Shown here: piece after piece, positions 13,766-28,100 of the stretch
Layout of the letters: every line of letters begins with the position of its first letter
Numbering within the stretch: the stretch's first letter is position 1
Assembly (NCBI GenBank): GCA_951406725.2
Contig: OX597820.1
Coordinates: forward strand, 94,736,001 to 94,800,000
DNA from: Octopus vulgaris
Taxonomy: Eukaryota
Direction: 5' to 3'
Length of the DNA stretch: 64,000 nucleotides
Position numbers and translations under genes: made by a program
Notes under the pieces: generated by a model
The model's database searches: none
Told to the model about the DNA's origin: nothing
Seen by the model: only the letters and a program-made list of their open reading frames with translations

Positions 13766-15054
13766 CTGTCTATCTATCCCTTACTCTCACTCTTTGTTTC
13801 TCCTTCCCTCCCTTTTCTAATCACCGTCTTTTGTTCCTACTTACTCTCTTTTTCCCCCTCTTTCTCTCTCTCTCTATCTATCTGTCTATCTATCCCTTAC
13901 TCTCACTCTTTGTTTCTCCTTCCCTCCCTTTTCTAACCACCGCCTTGTCTTTTGTTCCTACTTACTCTCTTTTTCCCCCTCTTTCTCTCTCTCTCTCTCC
14001 TTCTTCCTACTTATCTCCCCTTTTTTCTCCCTCTTTCAAGTTTCACATCTTCATTCTTTATTTCATTCTTTCTTTTACAGCCATTTGCGTCTCCCTCTCT
14101 CTCTCCCCCTCTCTCTCCCCCTCTCTCTCTCCCCCTCTCTCTCCCCCTCTCTCTCTCCCCCTCTCTCTCCCCCCCTCTCTCTCTCTCTCTTCTCTCTCTC
14201 TCTTCTCTCTCTCACTATCTCTCATTCCTGCCTCTATATACTTCACATTCCCTCTATCTCTCATTCTCTCCCACTAAATTTCACTCCTTTATCCTTTATA
14301 CTTCAAATTATTCTCTCCTTCATTACTCTCCCTTTCTCTTGCACCCTCCCATTTTATTCTTCTTACCTCTGTACACTTCCTCTTTCTTCTCCTACTCCTG
14401 TCTCCAACCCAAGCCACTCCCTCCCACTATCTCTTTTTCTTCTTGACTCATTTTATAATTTCTTTTCGGATTCCCTCTGCCTCACCCTCTCACACTTTCT
14501 TATACTTTTTCTTTCTCTCTTGTTTTTGCTTTACTGTGTTATTTTCTCTTTCTTCATACCTGCCTCATTCTCTTACATTTTTTCCATGTTCTGTATTTTA
14601 TCATTAAATATATATATATATATAGTGTAGGAAGAGATGGAGCTGAACGAAGATTTAACAAAATTCCTTTATATTATTTTCTACATATGTTTCGAAGGCT
14701 GCAAAGTCCCTAATTCGGATTGAATAAGGAGTTCATTTTGCAGCCTTCTCTTCAGGAAAATCCAGGAACTTAATTCTCCAACAAAATGCACAACAAGCTT
14801 TTCGACAAACACTCACGAGGAGCCCATGAAATAAATGACCTATGTAGAAAATAATATAAAGGAATTTTGTTAAATCTTCGTTCAGCTCCATTTCTTCCCA
14901 CACTTAATATATAAAACTTCAAATTTCCGCACTAAGGCACGGTTTTTATGCCCCATGGTCGTAACTTCAACTGTGCGTTTTCTGTTGTGATTTTTGCTAC
15001 CCACGTATCGGTTATCATTTGAATTATCCGTAATAAGATAATTCATTTATCTAC

Positions 15055-15109
<55 letters not shown>

Positions 15110-15792
15110 GAAAAGAGTGAAAAACTACAGAAGGCTTGTGTTACAAGGTTAAAGAATATATTTAAGTCGTTATGTTAGAAAAATGTTAGAAAATTTTGTG
15201 TATAGTAACATAGTTTTTGGAGAAATAGCCAGTTTCATATATACTTTTCAAATTTCTCAAATTTCTTTACCTACATCGTGTCATGTCTTCGTTATGAAGT
15301 GAAAAGAAGAGTTCCCTTTACTTCATAATGAAGACATGACACGATGTAGATAAAGAAATTTGAGAAAGTTGAAAAGTATATACGAAACCAGTTATTTCTC
15401 CAAAAACTATGTTACTATACACAAAATTTTATAACATTTTTCTAACGTAACGACTTAAATATATTCTTTAACCTTATAACACCAGCCTCCTGTAGTTTTT
15501 TCACTCTTTTCTATATTTTATACATCCAACCACATACTTTCACACACATCAACTTTCTCACCTATATATATATATATATATATATATATTCCCTTTTACC
15601 CAGTAAAATTTCTATTGGTCAAATAACTGGAGTCTCATCAGGAAATCTACCATAATGTGTCAACTAACTTAGTCATTCTCTTAAGACTGCTTAGCTACCA
15701 TCATCATCATCATCACCGAGTGGTTGTAGCGGGTGTGATTGTATATTCTCTTATTCTTTTACATGTTTCAGTCATTTGATACGCACACACAA

Positions 15793-15827
<35 letters not shown>

Positions 15828-16791
15828 CGATGGGCTTCTTTCAGTTTTTGTCTACCAAATCCATTCATATGGCTTTGGTCAGCCCAAGGTTATAGTAGAA
15901 GGTGCCATGCAATGGGACTGAACCTGGAAGTATGTTGTTGGGAAGCAAGCATCTTACCACACAGTCAATGCCTGTACCTATATATAACTTTTGTTTTTTA
16001 TATTTCTCTTCTTCTTTTCTGAATACTTTATGCAATCAGTATTAACAGTTTAAATTTGTTGTAACTGTTGCAGATTGGAAGATGATGATGATTATATAAC
16101 CTGTAATAGCTAGGTTTGTGGATAAATTTTAAATAGATTATAAGGCTTATCCATAACCAGGTGAACTCACAGCAAAGCACCCTTTACTTGTATGTTTAAT
16201 TTGTAACAGAAAATAGTGATGTCCATATGTATAATGAGTCAGTCTAAGGCTCATCATTGTTCCTAATGTAATATCACTAATGTTTGCCTGATAAACAGGC
16301 TGGCTGTTGTTTAATTTCCTTTGAGTAAGTTCATTGCATTCTTTATTTCCAAATTGTATTGTTAAGTAATGATGTTTGACATTTAATGTGTTTGAGGTTT
16401 GTGATTCATTGGCACTGCGTTTGTAGAAGTAAAGGATTTTAACTTTGGTTGAACTAAATAGAACAAACAGCTTTGTGTTTGAGGCACTGAATTTGTTAAT
16501 CAACATCCAGTGCATTCTGTAAAGTGCTTGACATTAGGAATGGCATCCAGTTGTAGAAACCATGCCAAAAACCGACCATAGAACCTGGTGTGGCTTCTGG
16601 CCTTGCCAACTCCTGTCAAACTGTCCAGCATGGAAAACAGACATTTAATGATGATGAGGATGTTTTTGAATGTTTTATTTTAGTTTTGTTTTCTTTTTTT
16701 TACAACAGGTACAGAAGTGAAAGATTTGCAAACAGTTTTAAATGAAGCATGTTCTGATGATGGGACACTTCTTCACCTTGCTACAATGGTA

Positions 16792-16843
<52 letters not shown>

Positions 16844-19800
16844 TATGCATGTATGGTGTGTGTGCAGTGTCATCTAAATGCATGGGTGCAGGGATCTCAT
16901 GGATCAAGGCAGACCAATTCTGATCTGTTTATGCTGTGGTTTGCTGTCAGTGAATATATACTATAGTGCCCAGGGGCCTACAATGCTGCCGAAGGCAGCT
17001 GTGTGTGTGTGTTTAACTATGTATTGATTTTGATTATGTATAACCCACCCAAAATGTTATCAGCTGAAATGTTCTCAATGACCTCTCCTCCCACCATGAT
17101 TTTGTTTTGTTGTGGAGCAATCCCATGCCAAAGAACTTATTGGGTAGTTAAAAAGTTGGCTTCCCAACCACATAGTTTTAGGTTCAGTCCCACTCTGGCA
17201 CCTTTGGCAAGTGACTTCTACTATGTCTCTAGGCCATCCAAAGATGTGTAAGTGGATTTGCTAGACAGGAACTGAAAAAAGTCCATGGTTTATGTATCAA
17301 TGTATGTATGTGTTTGTATGCGTGAATATGTGTATGTTTGCATCTTGTTTTGACACTGCATGACAATGAGCAGCACTGTCATACAAGCAGTTTCTGTCAT
17401 TTCTAATATTCTACATAAACATGTCCTGGAGAAATTTTGCCTTGCTTGGAAACAATTGAGGGTCGATGACAGGAAGGGCATCCAGCTAGAGAAAATCTAC
17501 CTCAGATAACTCTGTCTAACTCATGCAAACATAGAAAAGTGAACAGTGATGATGATATATATCACAATTAGTGGACAGATTTTCAGTGGGCTTCTCACTG
17601 TATTTTTGAAAGTGAGAGTTGACAAGAGGGTGTCTGTAAAATGGTTCAGAACAAATATCATAGAATTAATATTGTAGCTTATCTTTAACTTACTGAGTTT
17701 GGAAGAAGGGGAGGTGCCCGTGATCTTCACAGGTTCTCCAAGACTAGTGAGCTTGATGTTGATTATGTCCCACTTAAACTATTGCAGGTCAACACCTGCT
17801 GAAAAGACATGAATAGGAAGATTCCTGAGAGCCAGTGCTTTGGGAGAAAATAACTGGACATAATGGTTAGTGCAGGACTACAGTAGGAGGGTTAGAATTT
17901 TGTAGATGAGGTCAGAACAGTACTGGGAGAGTTTTTTTTTTCTTTTTTGTCACGGACAAGTGAATTTTGAAAGAGGGGCCTTGCAAGTCTACCAGATAGA
18001 TGGAAGAGCATTGAAGAAGATGAAGAATACATTTTAGATTACAAAAAAACTTTATCTTAGTTTTGAAAAATAAAAGAAATATAAAAAACTGGATTATTCA
18101 TAGGATGACCCAGTATATATATAAAATAGTGAAGGCACATGACTCAGTGGTTAGAGCATTGGGCTTACAATGATGAGGGTGTGAGTTCAGTTCCCAATCC
18201 AGGCTGTGTGTTGTATTCTTACACAAAGCGCCTTATTTCCCGTTACTCCAGAGGATATGACCAAAAACTGCGTGAACTCCATCCCATGCAGCTGTGGTAG
18301 GTTATACAAAGGCGAAACATGTTGCCCCCTCAAAATAAGGGTAGAGGAACATTGCAAAGCTGTGACACGAGGAGATATTGATAAATCAGGTATAGCTGAT
18401 CATGTATGGAAAAATGGAGACCACCTCCCCCTGTAGGATGAAGTTAAAATAATTGACAGAGAACACCACTGGAAAATATGAAAACTAAAAGAAGCAGCAT
18501 ATATGCTAGGACACAACATCCTCCTAAGCAGGCCGAGTGCAGATATGAATAGCATATGGGAACCGGTATTAAGGAAGGATAGGAGAATATTAGATTTATA
18601 AGCCCCAAAATTCACTCCATAATTGTCCATGGGTATATGGCATAGTGGTTAAGAGCGCAAGTTATTAGCCCCAAGATTCCAAGTTCTATTCCAGGCAGTG
18701 ACCTGAATAATAATAATAATAACAACATCGAAAAATACCTTAAGAATGAGAACCCAAGTTCAAAATTTCCCCCAAGACACCTGATGAAGGCTGGAGGGTA
18801 TATCAGCTGAAACATTGTATTAACAACAGACAACATGAGGATAAATATCCGTCAAATGTAAATAATGTACATAATTCCACATCTCTTAAATATAGAAAAG
18901 AATATATATTACTGATACTTATTGTAGCAGCCCTGGAAGGATGTAAAAACTCTGAAATATTTAAGGAAATAGCTAAATAAAACCCTTTTCTTTTTTAAAA
19001 AAATCACTTCTGTTTCTGTCAAATTCACAGCCATAGCTCACTCTTATAAATAATTAGTTTCTTATAACAGGCTTCTTCTTTTCGATTATAGCTGGGAGAG
19101 GCTGACATTGTACGCACTTTGCTCTCTGCTGGTGCAGATCCAGGCATACACAACAAAAATCAACGAATTCCTCTGGACCTTGCTATGTCAGAAAATGTGA
19201 GAATTGTCTTCAATGAAGAACTTCTGCAAGCCACTGCACATTCCAAGTTAGTTACAATATTCTCACATCTTTGATTTCATTTTCTCTTGTCTAGCAGTAA
19301 CCATGTGTAAGCTGTGCCAGTGATTCTCAAAGTGCTCCAAACTGCTAAGGTCCCATAAATGTATCTGTCGTCTTTAACCCCATACATCCATCAATCACCT
19401 TTATATATTCCATATTGTTTATCATAGAGGTTGGTATTGTATGCATTTGCTCTCATCAGTCACGGACATACACTAAAAAAATTAGCAAATTCTTCTGAAC
19501 TTTGCTCAGTCAGATAAAGTGAAAATCATCTCCAATGAAGAACTTCTGCATGCAACTGAACATCTCTGTAGAAATGATTACATAATAACAGCAATATTAT
19601 AATTCATTGTAAGGCAGCGAGTTGGCAGAATTGTTACCATGCCAGGTAAAATGCATAGTGGCAATTCATCCACCTTCATGTTCTGAGTTCAAATTCTGCC
19701 CAAAGTCATTTTTACCTTTTATCCTTTCGGAGTCAATAAAATAAGTACCAGCTGAGCACTGGGGTCAATGTGTAATCGACCTACTCCCTCCACTGAAGTT

Positions 19801-22800
19801 GCTGCCTGGTGTCAAAATTTGAAACCTATATTACAATTTATTGTAACCAATGTACTACATGTGAAGAACATATTACAGTAGAAACAGATTAGATAAATCA
19901 CTTCAAATGATCTGCTAGAAATAGTGACAAAATCTTACTGAACCCTTTAACATTTAAACTGGCCTGACCTGGTCTCTTACACCTACCCCACAACGTCATT
20001 CTAAAAATAAACAATCGCATCATTGAAATCTCAAAAGCTACAAGATAATACCTGATTATTTCAAAACAATAAAAATAGATAGGTATTACAGTTGACAAAG
20101 TAATTTGAATGCTAAAGGTTTAAATCACAATCTGCTGCGTTACAAAAGAAGACCACATTGAATAATGCATTCTTAGGTGGAATATACCTGACTAGGGGAA
20201 AGACAGGATGCTTGTGGCTGGAGTGTTTTTGATTATGTGTATGCTGGATCACAACTGATCTGGAACTGAACAACACATAATGCTTCGTAATTTTGAGAGT
20301 TTCTAAAATTCTGCTGCAAATTTCATTTTGTGGTCCATATTTATCATTACACTATGATTCTAAATGTATTATACCATACCTCCATATGATCAAGTCACCC
20401 TTTACCAGCTCTTAATATCTTAGCTTCTTAGACCTCCACTTTCTACTCTTCATTCTGCTGTCAGCCAATTTTTTTACCCTCAGGGTGTGACACTACCCAC
20501 TTTGGAAATCACTGGTCAACACACACTTGTTTCATCCCATTTTATTTTGTTTTAATTTTTTTTAAGCTGTTTTACCATGGCATAAATGAGAAGGGTTTGT
20601 TTTCCTACATATGAACATTTACCAACCTTTGTATTGCAGGAGCCAGTATTTTTATGTAAATTTCATAAGTTTATATAGAATAGTGCTTATGTTTCTTAGT
20701 ATGAAGCAGATATGAGTCAACTATCACCTGGATAAGATGCCAGTTTATCTCAAACTGTGTTCTCGTATGATATAGTATTTGTTTCCAATGGTTGGTTGAA
20801 CTGTTGTATGTAAAACTAGCAGTGTCGCCTGGCGTTGCTCGGGTTTGTAAGGGAAATAACTATATAAGCATTTTTAGAGAGTTATAGCCAAAAAGTAGCA
20901 AAAAAATGCATTAAAAATGGACAAAAAATGATGGTAATTTTTTTTTTTAAATCGTTGACTCATCGTAGACATTTTTAGAGAGTTACTTCCCTTATATAAT
21001 ATCGAAAAAAATGCATTAAAATGGAAAAAAATGATGGTAAATTATTTTTAAAATCGTAGACTCATCGTAGACGCACGCTAATACACAGAAGGGCTCGATA
21101 TGAATGACAACTATAAGATTTGGATAAACTGCACCGCAAAATGTGGGAGTAGTTAGGAATCTAAATCATAGGAGACAGACACACAACCTTACTTTTATAT
21201 AGAAAGATTACAAATACTGCTCAAATACCAAAAAACAAAAACAGGCTGAATACCAAGACAATAGCAGTTGCATCAAAGAAACTGTGAATCAGGAGTATGT
21301 GAACCATGAACCATGAATGGAGTAGTACTAACTGGACACAATACAGAGTTTGATCAACCCTAAATGAGCAGCCCAAGTGAAAGTACCCGATTTTTAAAAG
21401 ACCTGAAGCACTGATATAGCCATCTGTAAAAGGGAATTAAAACTGTTATGCTGGTGACTTAATAGCAAGACATATTTATTCTACTACTAATACTAATACT
21501 ACTACTACTAATAATAATAATAATAATAATAATAATGATAATATTAATAATAATAATATTAATAATAATAATAATAATATTAATAATAATAATGATAATA
21601 ATATTAATATTAATAATAATAATATTAATAATAATAATAATCTTTCAAGCACATCTATCTTTTACAGAGGATTCTGCATGAAACTTTTCTTCTTTCTCAC
21701 AGCATAAAACACATTCCACTGTTTGAACTATTAATATTACTTTCTACTAAAGCAGGACATAACTAGTTTTGTGGCGGATTCTACTGATTAATGCATGTCT
21801 ACTTCAGGCAGACTGGACTATAGTGCACTGTGGATAAATGTTACTCCATAAGATTTCTCTTTGAGAACCAAGCATTTGTTTGATAAAGTTATTCTTCATT
21901 GTTATATGTATTGCTAAAAAGGAAAAAAGCTATTTATTCCATCAATTTTACAAATGTCAAAATTATCCAAATCATCTGAGTTTTATAATCAGCTCTGAGA
22001 AAAATATCAGTTTTTAAATACTTAAGAAAGGCAGTGTTCTTTATTTGACAAGCCAACAGGCACCGGCAATCAAGACCCCTTGCGCTCTCCTGTCCTGTAT
22101 ACAACTTGGCATATTACTGCATCAGTTATTCTGATTCTAGCTAGTAAGACCATTGAGTATCTTCTTTCTCTGTCTTCCCCAACTTCTTCCTTGTAGTTTT
22201 TCTGTTGTCTTCAAGTGCTCAAGGTTGTCTCTTCTTATCGGGTTGCCAATGAATTGAGCCTGTTGTCACCTTATGTCATTGAGAAGCTTCCTGTGGAACT
22301 TTGTTCATCTAAGGCCCTCAATATTTGTCACTCTTTCTGCATAAGACACCTTCAACATGCCTGCCTTTAAAGAACTAAATCCCTACAACATTGATAGCTT
22401 TTCCACTTGTCTGTTGATATTCCAGGTGACACAACTATATGTGGATGGAAGCACTCCGTCGGTTACGACAACGAGGGTTCCGGTTGATCCGATCAACGGA
22501 ACAGCCTGCTCGTGAAATTAACGTGTAAGTGGCTGAGCACTCCACAGACACATGCACCCTTAACGTAGTTCTCGGGGATATTCAGCGTGACACAGAGAGT
22601 GACAAGGCCGGCCCTTTGAAATACAGGTACAACAGAAACAGGAAGTAAGAATGAGAGAAAGTTGTGGAGAAAGAGTACAGCAGGGATCACCACCATCCCT
22701 GCCGGAGCCTCGTGGAGCTTTAGGTGTTTTCGCTCAATAAACACTCACAACGCCCGGTCTGGGAATCGAAACCGCGATCCTATGACCGCGAGTTCGCTGC

Positions 22801-23210
22801 CCTAACCACTGGGCCATTGCGCCTCCACACAACTATATGTAAGAATAGGGTCTATGTATGCCCTTGACATTCTTTTTGCTCACACTTCTTTACAGCTGTG
22901 TATATGACAATATATCTTTGATCTCGCCAAAAGCAATATTAAAATGAATATTAATATTTTATTTCACTGAGACATTTTAAAGAAAATACCTATTAGCATT
23001 GTAATCCTAATTACACTGTTTGATTTTTCTTCAGTATGGGGCGTGTATGCCAGCTCTTGGCTTCTGGACTTGATGTAAACCTGAAGGACAGCAGTGAAAG
23101 CCAAAACACACCTTTACATTGGGCTTCTTGTTATGCCTCACGTGACATGGTACAATGTCTCTGCTGTAAGATTTTGCTGATGATAACATACTTATTTTTA
23201 TTTGCTCTCT

Positions 23211-23245
<35 letters not shown>

Positions 23246-23456
23246 CTCTCTCTTCCTTCTCCATCTCTCTCTCATTCTGTTTTTATGTATCTAGTGAATC
23301 CCTCTACTATCTGTCTGTATCTATCACAGTGATGACTTCATATGCTTTTTTCTTTTTTACTCTCTCACTGTATTTGTATGCTTGTATCTATCTTAAGTAA
23401 ATCTCTATTATTAGACTACATATCTAACCCACTGACCACTTTATGCTTGCTCTCTT

Positions 23457-23504
<48 letters not shown>

Positions 23505-24053
23505 ATGAATGACTCAAAGCACTAACTCTTTGCTGTATATCATTTCCCTTCAGTATGCTACTCTTGACTCATTTCCATTATGTAATTTCTAGTGCGTGGT
23601 GCTGATGTTAACGCAGTCAACATGGATGGTTGCACTCCACTTCATGAGGCTGTCTCAAGAGGGAACATTGAGATTGTGGAAGAACTGCTAATCCATAAAG
23701 CTGACCCAACACTAAAGATTAAAAGAGGGTAAGAACATATCTTATTCAAACATAAAAACTTTCTAAAGTGTAAATAAATTAGTTTTTCAGAAAAATAATT
23801 TATTCCTACTTTGTGAACTATCTGAATTAATTACACTCTTTTACTTTTTACTCTTTTACTTGTTTCAGTCATTTGACTGTGGCGATGCTGGAGCACCGCC
23901 TTTAGTCGAGCAAATCGACCCCGGGACTTATTCTTTGTAAGCCCAGTACTTATTCTATTGGTCTCTTTTGCCGAACCGCTGACGGGGACGTAAACACACC
24001 AGCATCAGTTGTCAAGCAATGCTAGGGGAACAAACACAGACACACAAACATAT

Positions 24054-24103
<50 letters not shown>

Positions 24104-25075
24104 GACAGGCTTCTTTCAGTTTCCGTCTACCAAATCCACTCATAAGGCATTGGTCGGCCCGGGGCTATAGCAGAAGACACTTGCCCAAGATGCCACACAG
24201 TGGGACTGAACCCGGAACCATGTGGTTGGTTAGCAAGCTACTTACCACAGCCACTCCTTCGCCTATTATGTGTAACATAATTTTTGTCCTTGGGTAGCAA
24301 CTGTTATTTCCTATTTGATTACCTCGAGAAATTATGAAAAATGGCTAATATTTCCTTCAAACTTTGCTTTTGTTACATTTATTCAAACCCCAAAGAATCC
24401 CTCTTAATACATTGCTGTGATGCTCCCCCACTACTCCTGCTCATGATCAGAGATGCACATATTGTCAGCCACTAAGACTGACCACATGCTCAAGTGGTTA
24501 AGGTTAAGCAACTGACAAGCAAATCTGTGGTATTGAGCAGAATATTAGCTATAGCAATATTTCTGCTTCAGCAACTCAGTGCTGAATCTGTCTGAAATGC
24601 AATAGAAAATAGATTAGTTTCAAAACATTGATGTCCTGGTCACAAAAGTAAAGTTTAAAAGGGATAGTAATAGTTTTCTTTGATTTCTAGATAGAAGTGT
24701 AAATAGGAAATAACACTTAGTAGCCAAAGACAAAAAAAAAATGTTATTTTGTTACAGTGTTATTTGCAGGCAGAGGCTAGCGCTAGTTTCTACACATTCT
24801 GTTGTGCCACTTATTTAATTGTGTAATTATGAAGTTCACATCACAACCATATGGTTTCAAACATACCCACATACACATACCCACACGGCCACCCACACAC
24901 ACATATACGTATATTTGCACACAAATTCATCCTCATATACACATAGGTATATGCTTACATATATATGAGACATTTGTGCATATAAATATATGCATATCTA
25001 TCTATCTATCTATCTATCTATCTCTCTCTCTATATATATATACACATCCTCATATTATTATTATTATTATTATTA

Positions 25076-25145
<70 letters not shown>

Positions 25146-28100
25146 GATATATGTTGCTGCTGCTGTTCTTGTTGTTAATCAACTCTGATTAAGCTGAGTT
25201 TGTGTCCATAAATTTTCTCTTTCTTCTGTGTGGTTTTGGACAAGTTCATAAAAGTTTGCAGTCTTCTTAAATTTTATCAAACAGAAGTGCAAGCATGGCT
25301 GTGTTTTGAGAAGTTTGTTTCCCAGCCACATTATTGCAAGTTCAGTCCCACTGCATGGCACCTTGGGCAAATTTGTTCCACTATAGATGCAGTCTGACCA
25401 AAATCTTGTGAGTGGTTTTGATAGACCGAAGCTAGATATACATTTGTGCGTGTGTGTCTGTGTATGTCTTAGATGATATGTCTGAAGCTTACTTAAACAA
25501 GGCTGTCCTGGTGCTAAAAAACAGTAACCACATACATATAGGGAGGAAGATTCAACATGCTCACTCACATTATTGAAAATAGTTGCCAAAAATCTTTCTC
25601 AAATAACACTTCTCTGTCTTTAAAAGATACCTTGAATAATATAGTCCTAAATACACTAATGTCTGAAAGAGTGGGATGGCCATGGCTGGAGTGTTTTTGA
25701 TCATAGGTCCACTCCATCAGAGCTGACTTGCTGTTCAACAACTAGATATTTATACATAAACTGAGCCGCACAAAACCCATATGCACGTAACCACACACTT
25801 ACACCTAGCTACACATGCATATTCATTCAGCCAACCATACACATACACCCAACCACACTTGCATGCACACATGCATCCAACCACTCATGCACATGCATTC
25901 TGCTGCACATTTGCACCCAGCCATGCACTTACATCCAACCACACTTGCATGCACACATGCATCCAACCACTCGTACACATGCATTCTGCTGCACATTTGC
26001 ATCCAGCCATGCATGCACTTACATCCAACCATACAGATATATATACATCTAGCCATTCACATACCTACACTCGCACCCAGCCATATGTACACCCACACAA
26101 CCACATAATTCATTAACTGCAACAGTGTTTATTTATCTATGTACTTTCCTGCCCTTTTTATTCCTTACAGAGACAATATAGGCAAATCCGCTCTTGATCT
26201 TGCAGATCGTAGTGCAATTCTACTCAGCCTCTTGCAGAACCCTCCAACTAAACATAGTAAAAAGCAATTCCAAGATATTCTTAGTAAGTCCAGATTTGGT
26301 AATTTTTCTCTCTCTCTCTTTCAGGCTATTTGTCTGTCTCTCTCCCTTTTCTCTCTGTTTCTCTTTCTCTCTCTTCCTCCTATTTAAGTCTATTTATCTG
26401 TCTATGTAACTAACTGTTTCTTATTTCTTTATTGCCCACAAGGGGCTAAACATAGAGGGGACGAACAAGGACAGACAAATGGATTAAGTCGATTACATCG
26501 ACCCCCAGTGCATAACTGGTACTTTATTTATCGACCCCCAAAAGGATGAAAAGCAAAATCGACCTCGGCAGAATTTGAACTCAGAACATAACGGCAGACC
26601 TAACAGTTTCTATCTAATAGTTATCTATTTACCTATCTTTTTTTTTCTGTCATTCTATTTCATTGACTATCCTACTCACTCTTACTTGCATGTCTGCCTA
26701 TCTGCCAGCGTATCTACTCGAGGTAAGATGAAGAGGATCTTCATGCAGACTCTTCACTGGCAAATACATATACATGTTGATAGGTAACAGTACTGCTATG
26801 GTGGGGTAGGTATGTTTTTGGTAGAGAAATGGCTTAGCCCAGTGGTCCAAAACATTTTTACTCTTGAGGAGTCTTTGAAATAAACTACATCATCATCATC
26901 ATCATCATCATCAATTATTATTGTAGCATCTTTCCCTTTCATAAAGTCCACTGTGCAACACTTTGAGCAAGTACCTTTTATTCTACCCTTGATGCCTTAT
27001 GAGTAAATGATGATTATATATATATATATATAATATATTCAAGCGTATCAGTGCCAAGCAGTGTTTAGGCATAAACAAACTTTCAGTTAGTTAAACTATG
27101 TTTGTAACATATTCCAACTTTTTAAAGGCAAATTCATTGCAGTTACCATGGTGAAAATATTTTCTCTTATAGTAAAGGGTGTAAAAACACCATGTCTGTC
27201 CAGTGCTGACTTCTGTTGGATTCCCAAATGTAGTATTTCTATCTCTTTAACTATTATCAAAGGGAAATACCTAAGAGAGGCAACTCTGAGCAGACTTAAA
27301 GCCATAGCTCTAACAAAATCACTGTTAATAACATTGACTGAGTTTTGCTATTAGACTGCCAGACCGGGAGAAATTCAGCAGTATCAGTGTCAAGCCTTGT
27401 TTAGGCATAAGCAAACTTTAGGTTTGTTAAAATATGTTAATTGTATGGCTTTAAATCTGCCCACAGTTTGCTCCCTTTCGTATTTTGCATTGATAACAAC
27501 CAAAGGGCTAGAAATGCTGTCTGGGAATCCAACTGGAACCAACACTGATAGATATGGTGTTTTTGCACCTTTTACCATAACAGAGAATATTTTCTCCTCA
27601 GTAACTGCAGTGAATTTGACTTTAGCAGTTTCAGTTGTGCCAATCAACAGAACAACCTGCTTGTGAAATTAATGTGCAAGTGGCTGAACACTCCACAGAC
27701 ATGCATATATAGTTATCAGGGAGATTCAGCATGACACAGAATGTGTCAAGGCTGGCCCTTTGAATTACAGACACAACCCACTTTTGCCAGCTGAGTGAAT
27801 TGGAGTAAAGTGAAATAAGGTGTCTTACTCAAGGATACAACATGCCACCAGGTATTGAACTCACAACCTTATGATCATGAGCTGAATACTTTAACTACTA
27901 AACCACATGCCTATATTTGAATGTGTGTGTATTCATCTTAAGAGAGTATCAAGTAATATATTGATGATAGAAAAATGTCAATAAAATTTGAAAGTTAGCA
28001 GTCCAGTCTTCTTTCACCACTTTAAGAATGATATTTATTTTTCAGCTTTGTTGATGTAAAATAATGAAAAATAAACTTAACCTGATTAGTGAGTCCCTAA

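Noticed and set aside
13626-14630. Long ORFs of 164-209 aa (Leu/Ser/Pro-rich)
   Set aside because: Artefacts of the CT microsatellite, which lacks stop codons; no splice or domain support.
16706-16714. Tandem in-frame acceptors 6 nt apart (cag gta cag)
   Set aside because: Would change only 2-3 residues; usage cannot be judged from sequence.
24802-25178. Poly-Ile / poly-Tyr ORFs
   Set aside because: Translations of the (TAT)n microsatellite.
25781-26116. His-rich ORFs suggesting a metal-binding peptide
   Set aside because: CA-rich low-complexity tandem repeat, open in several frames.
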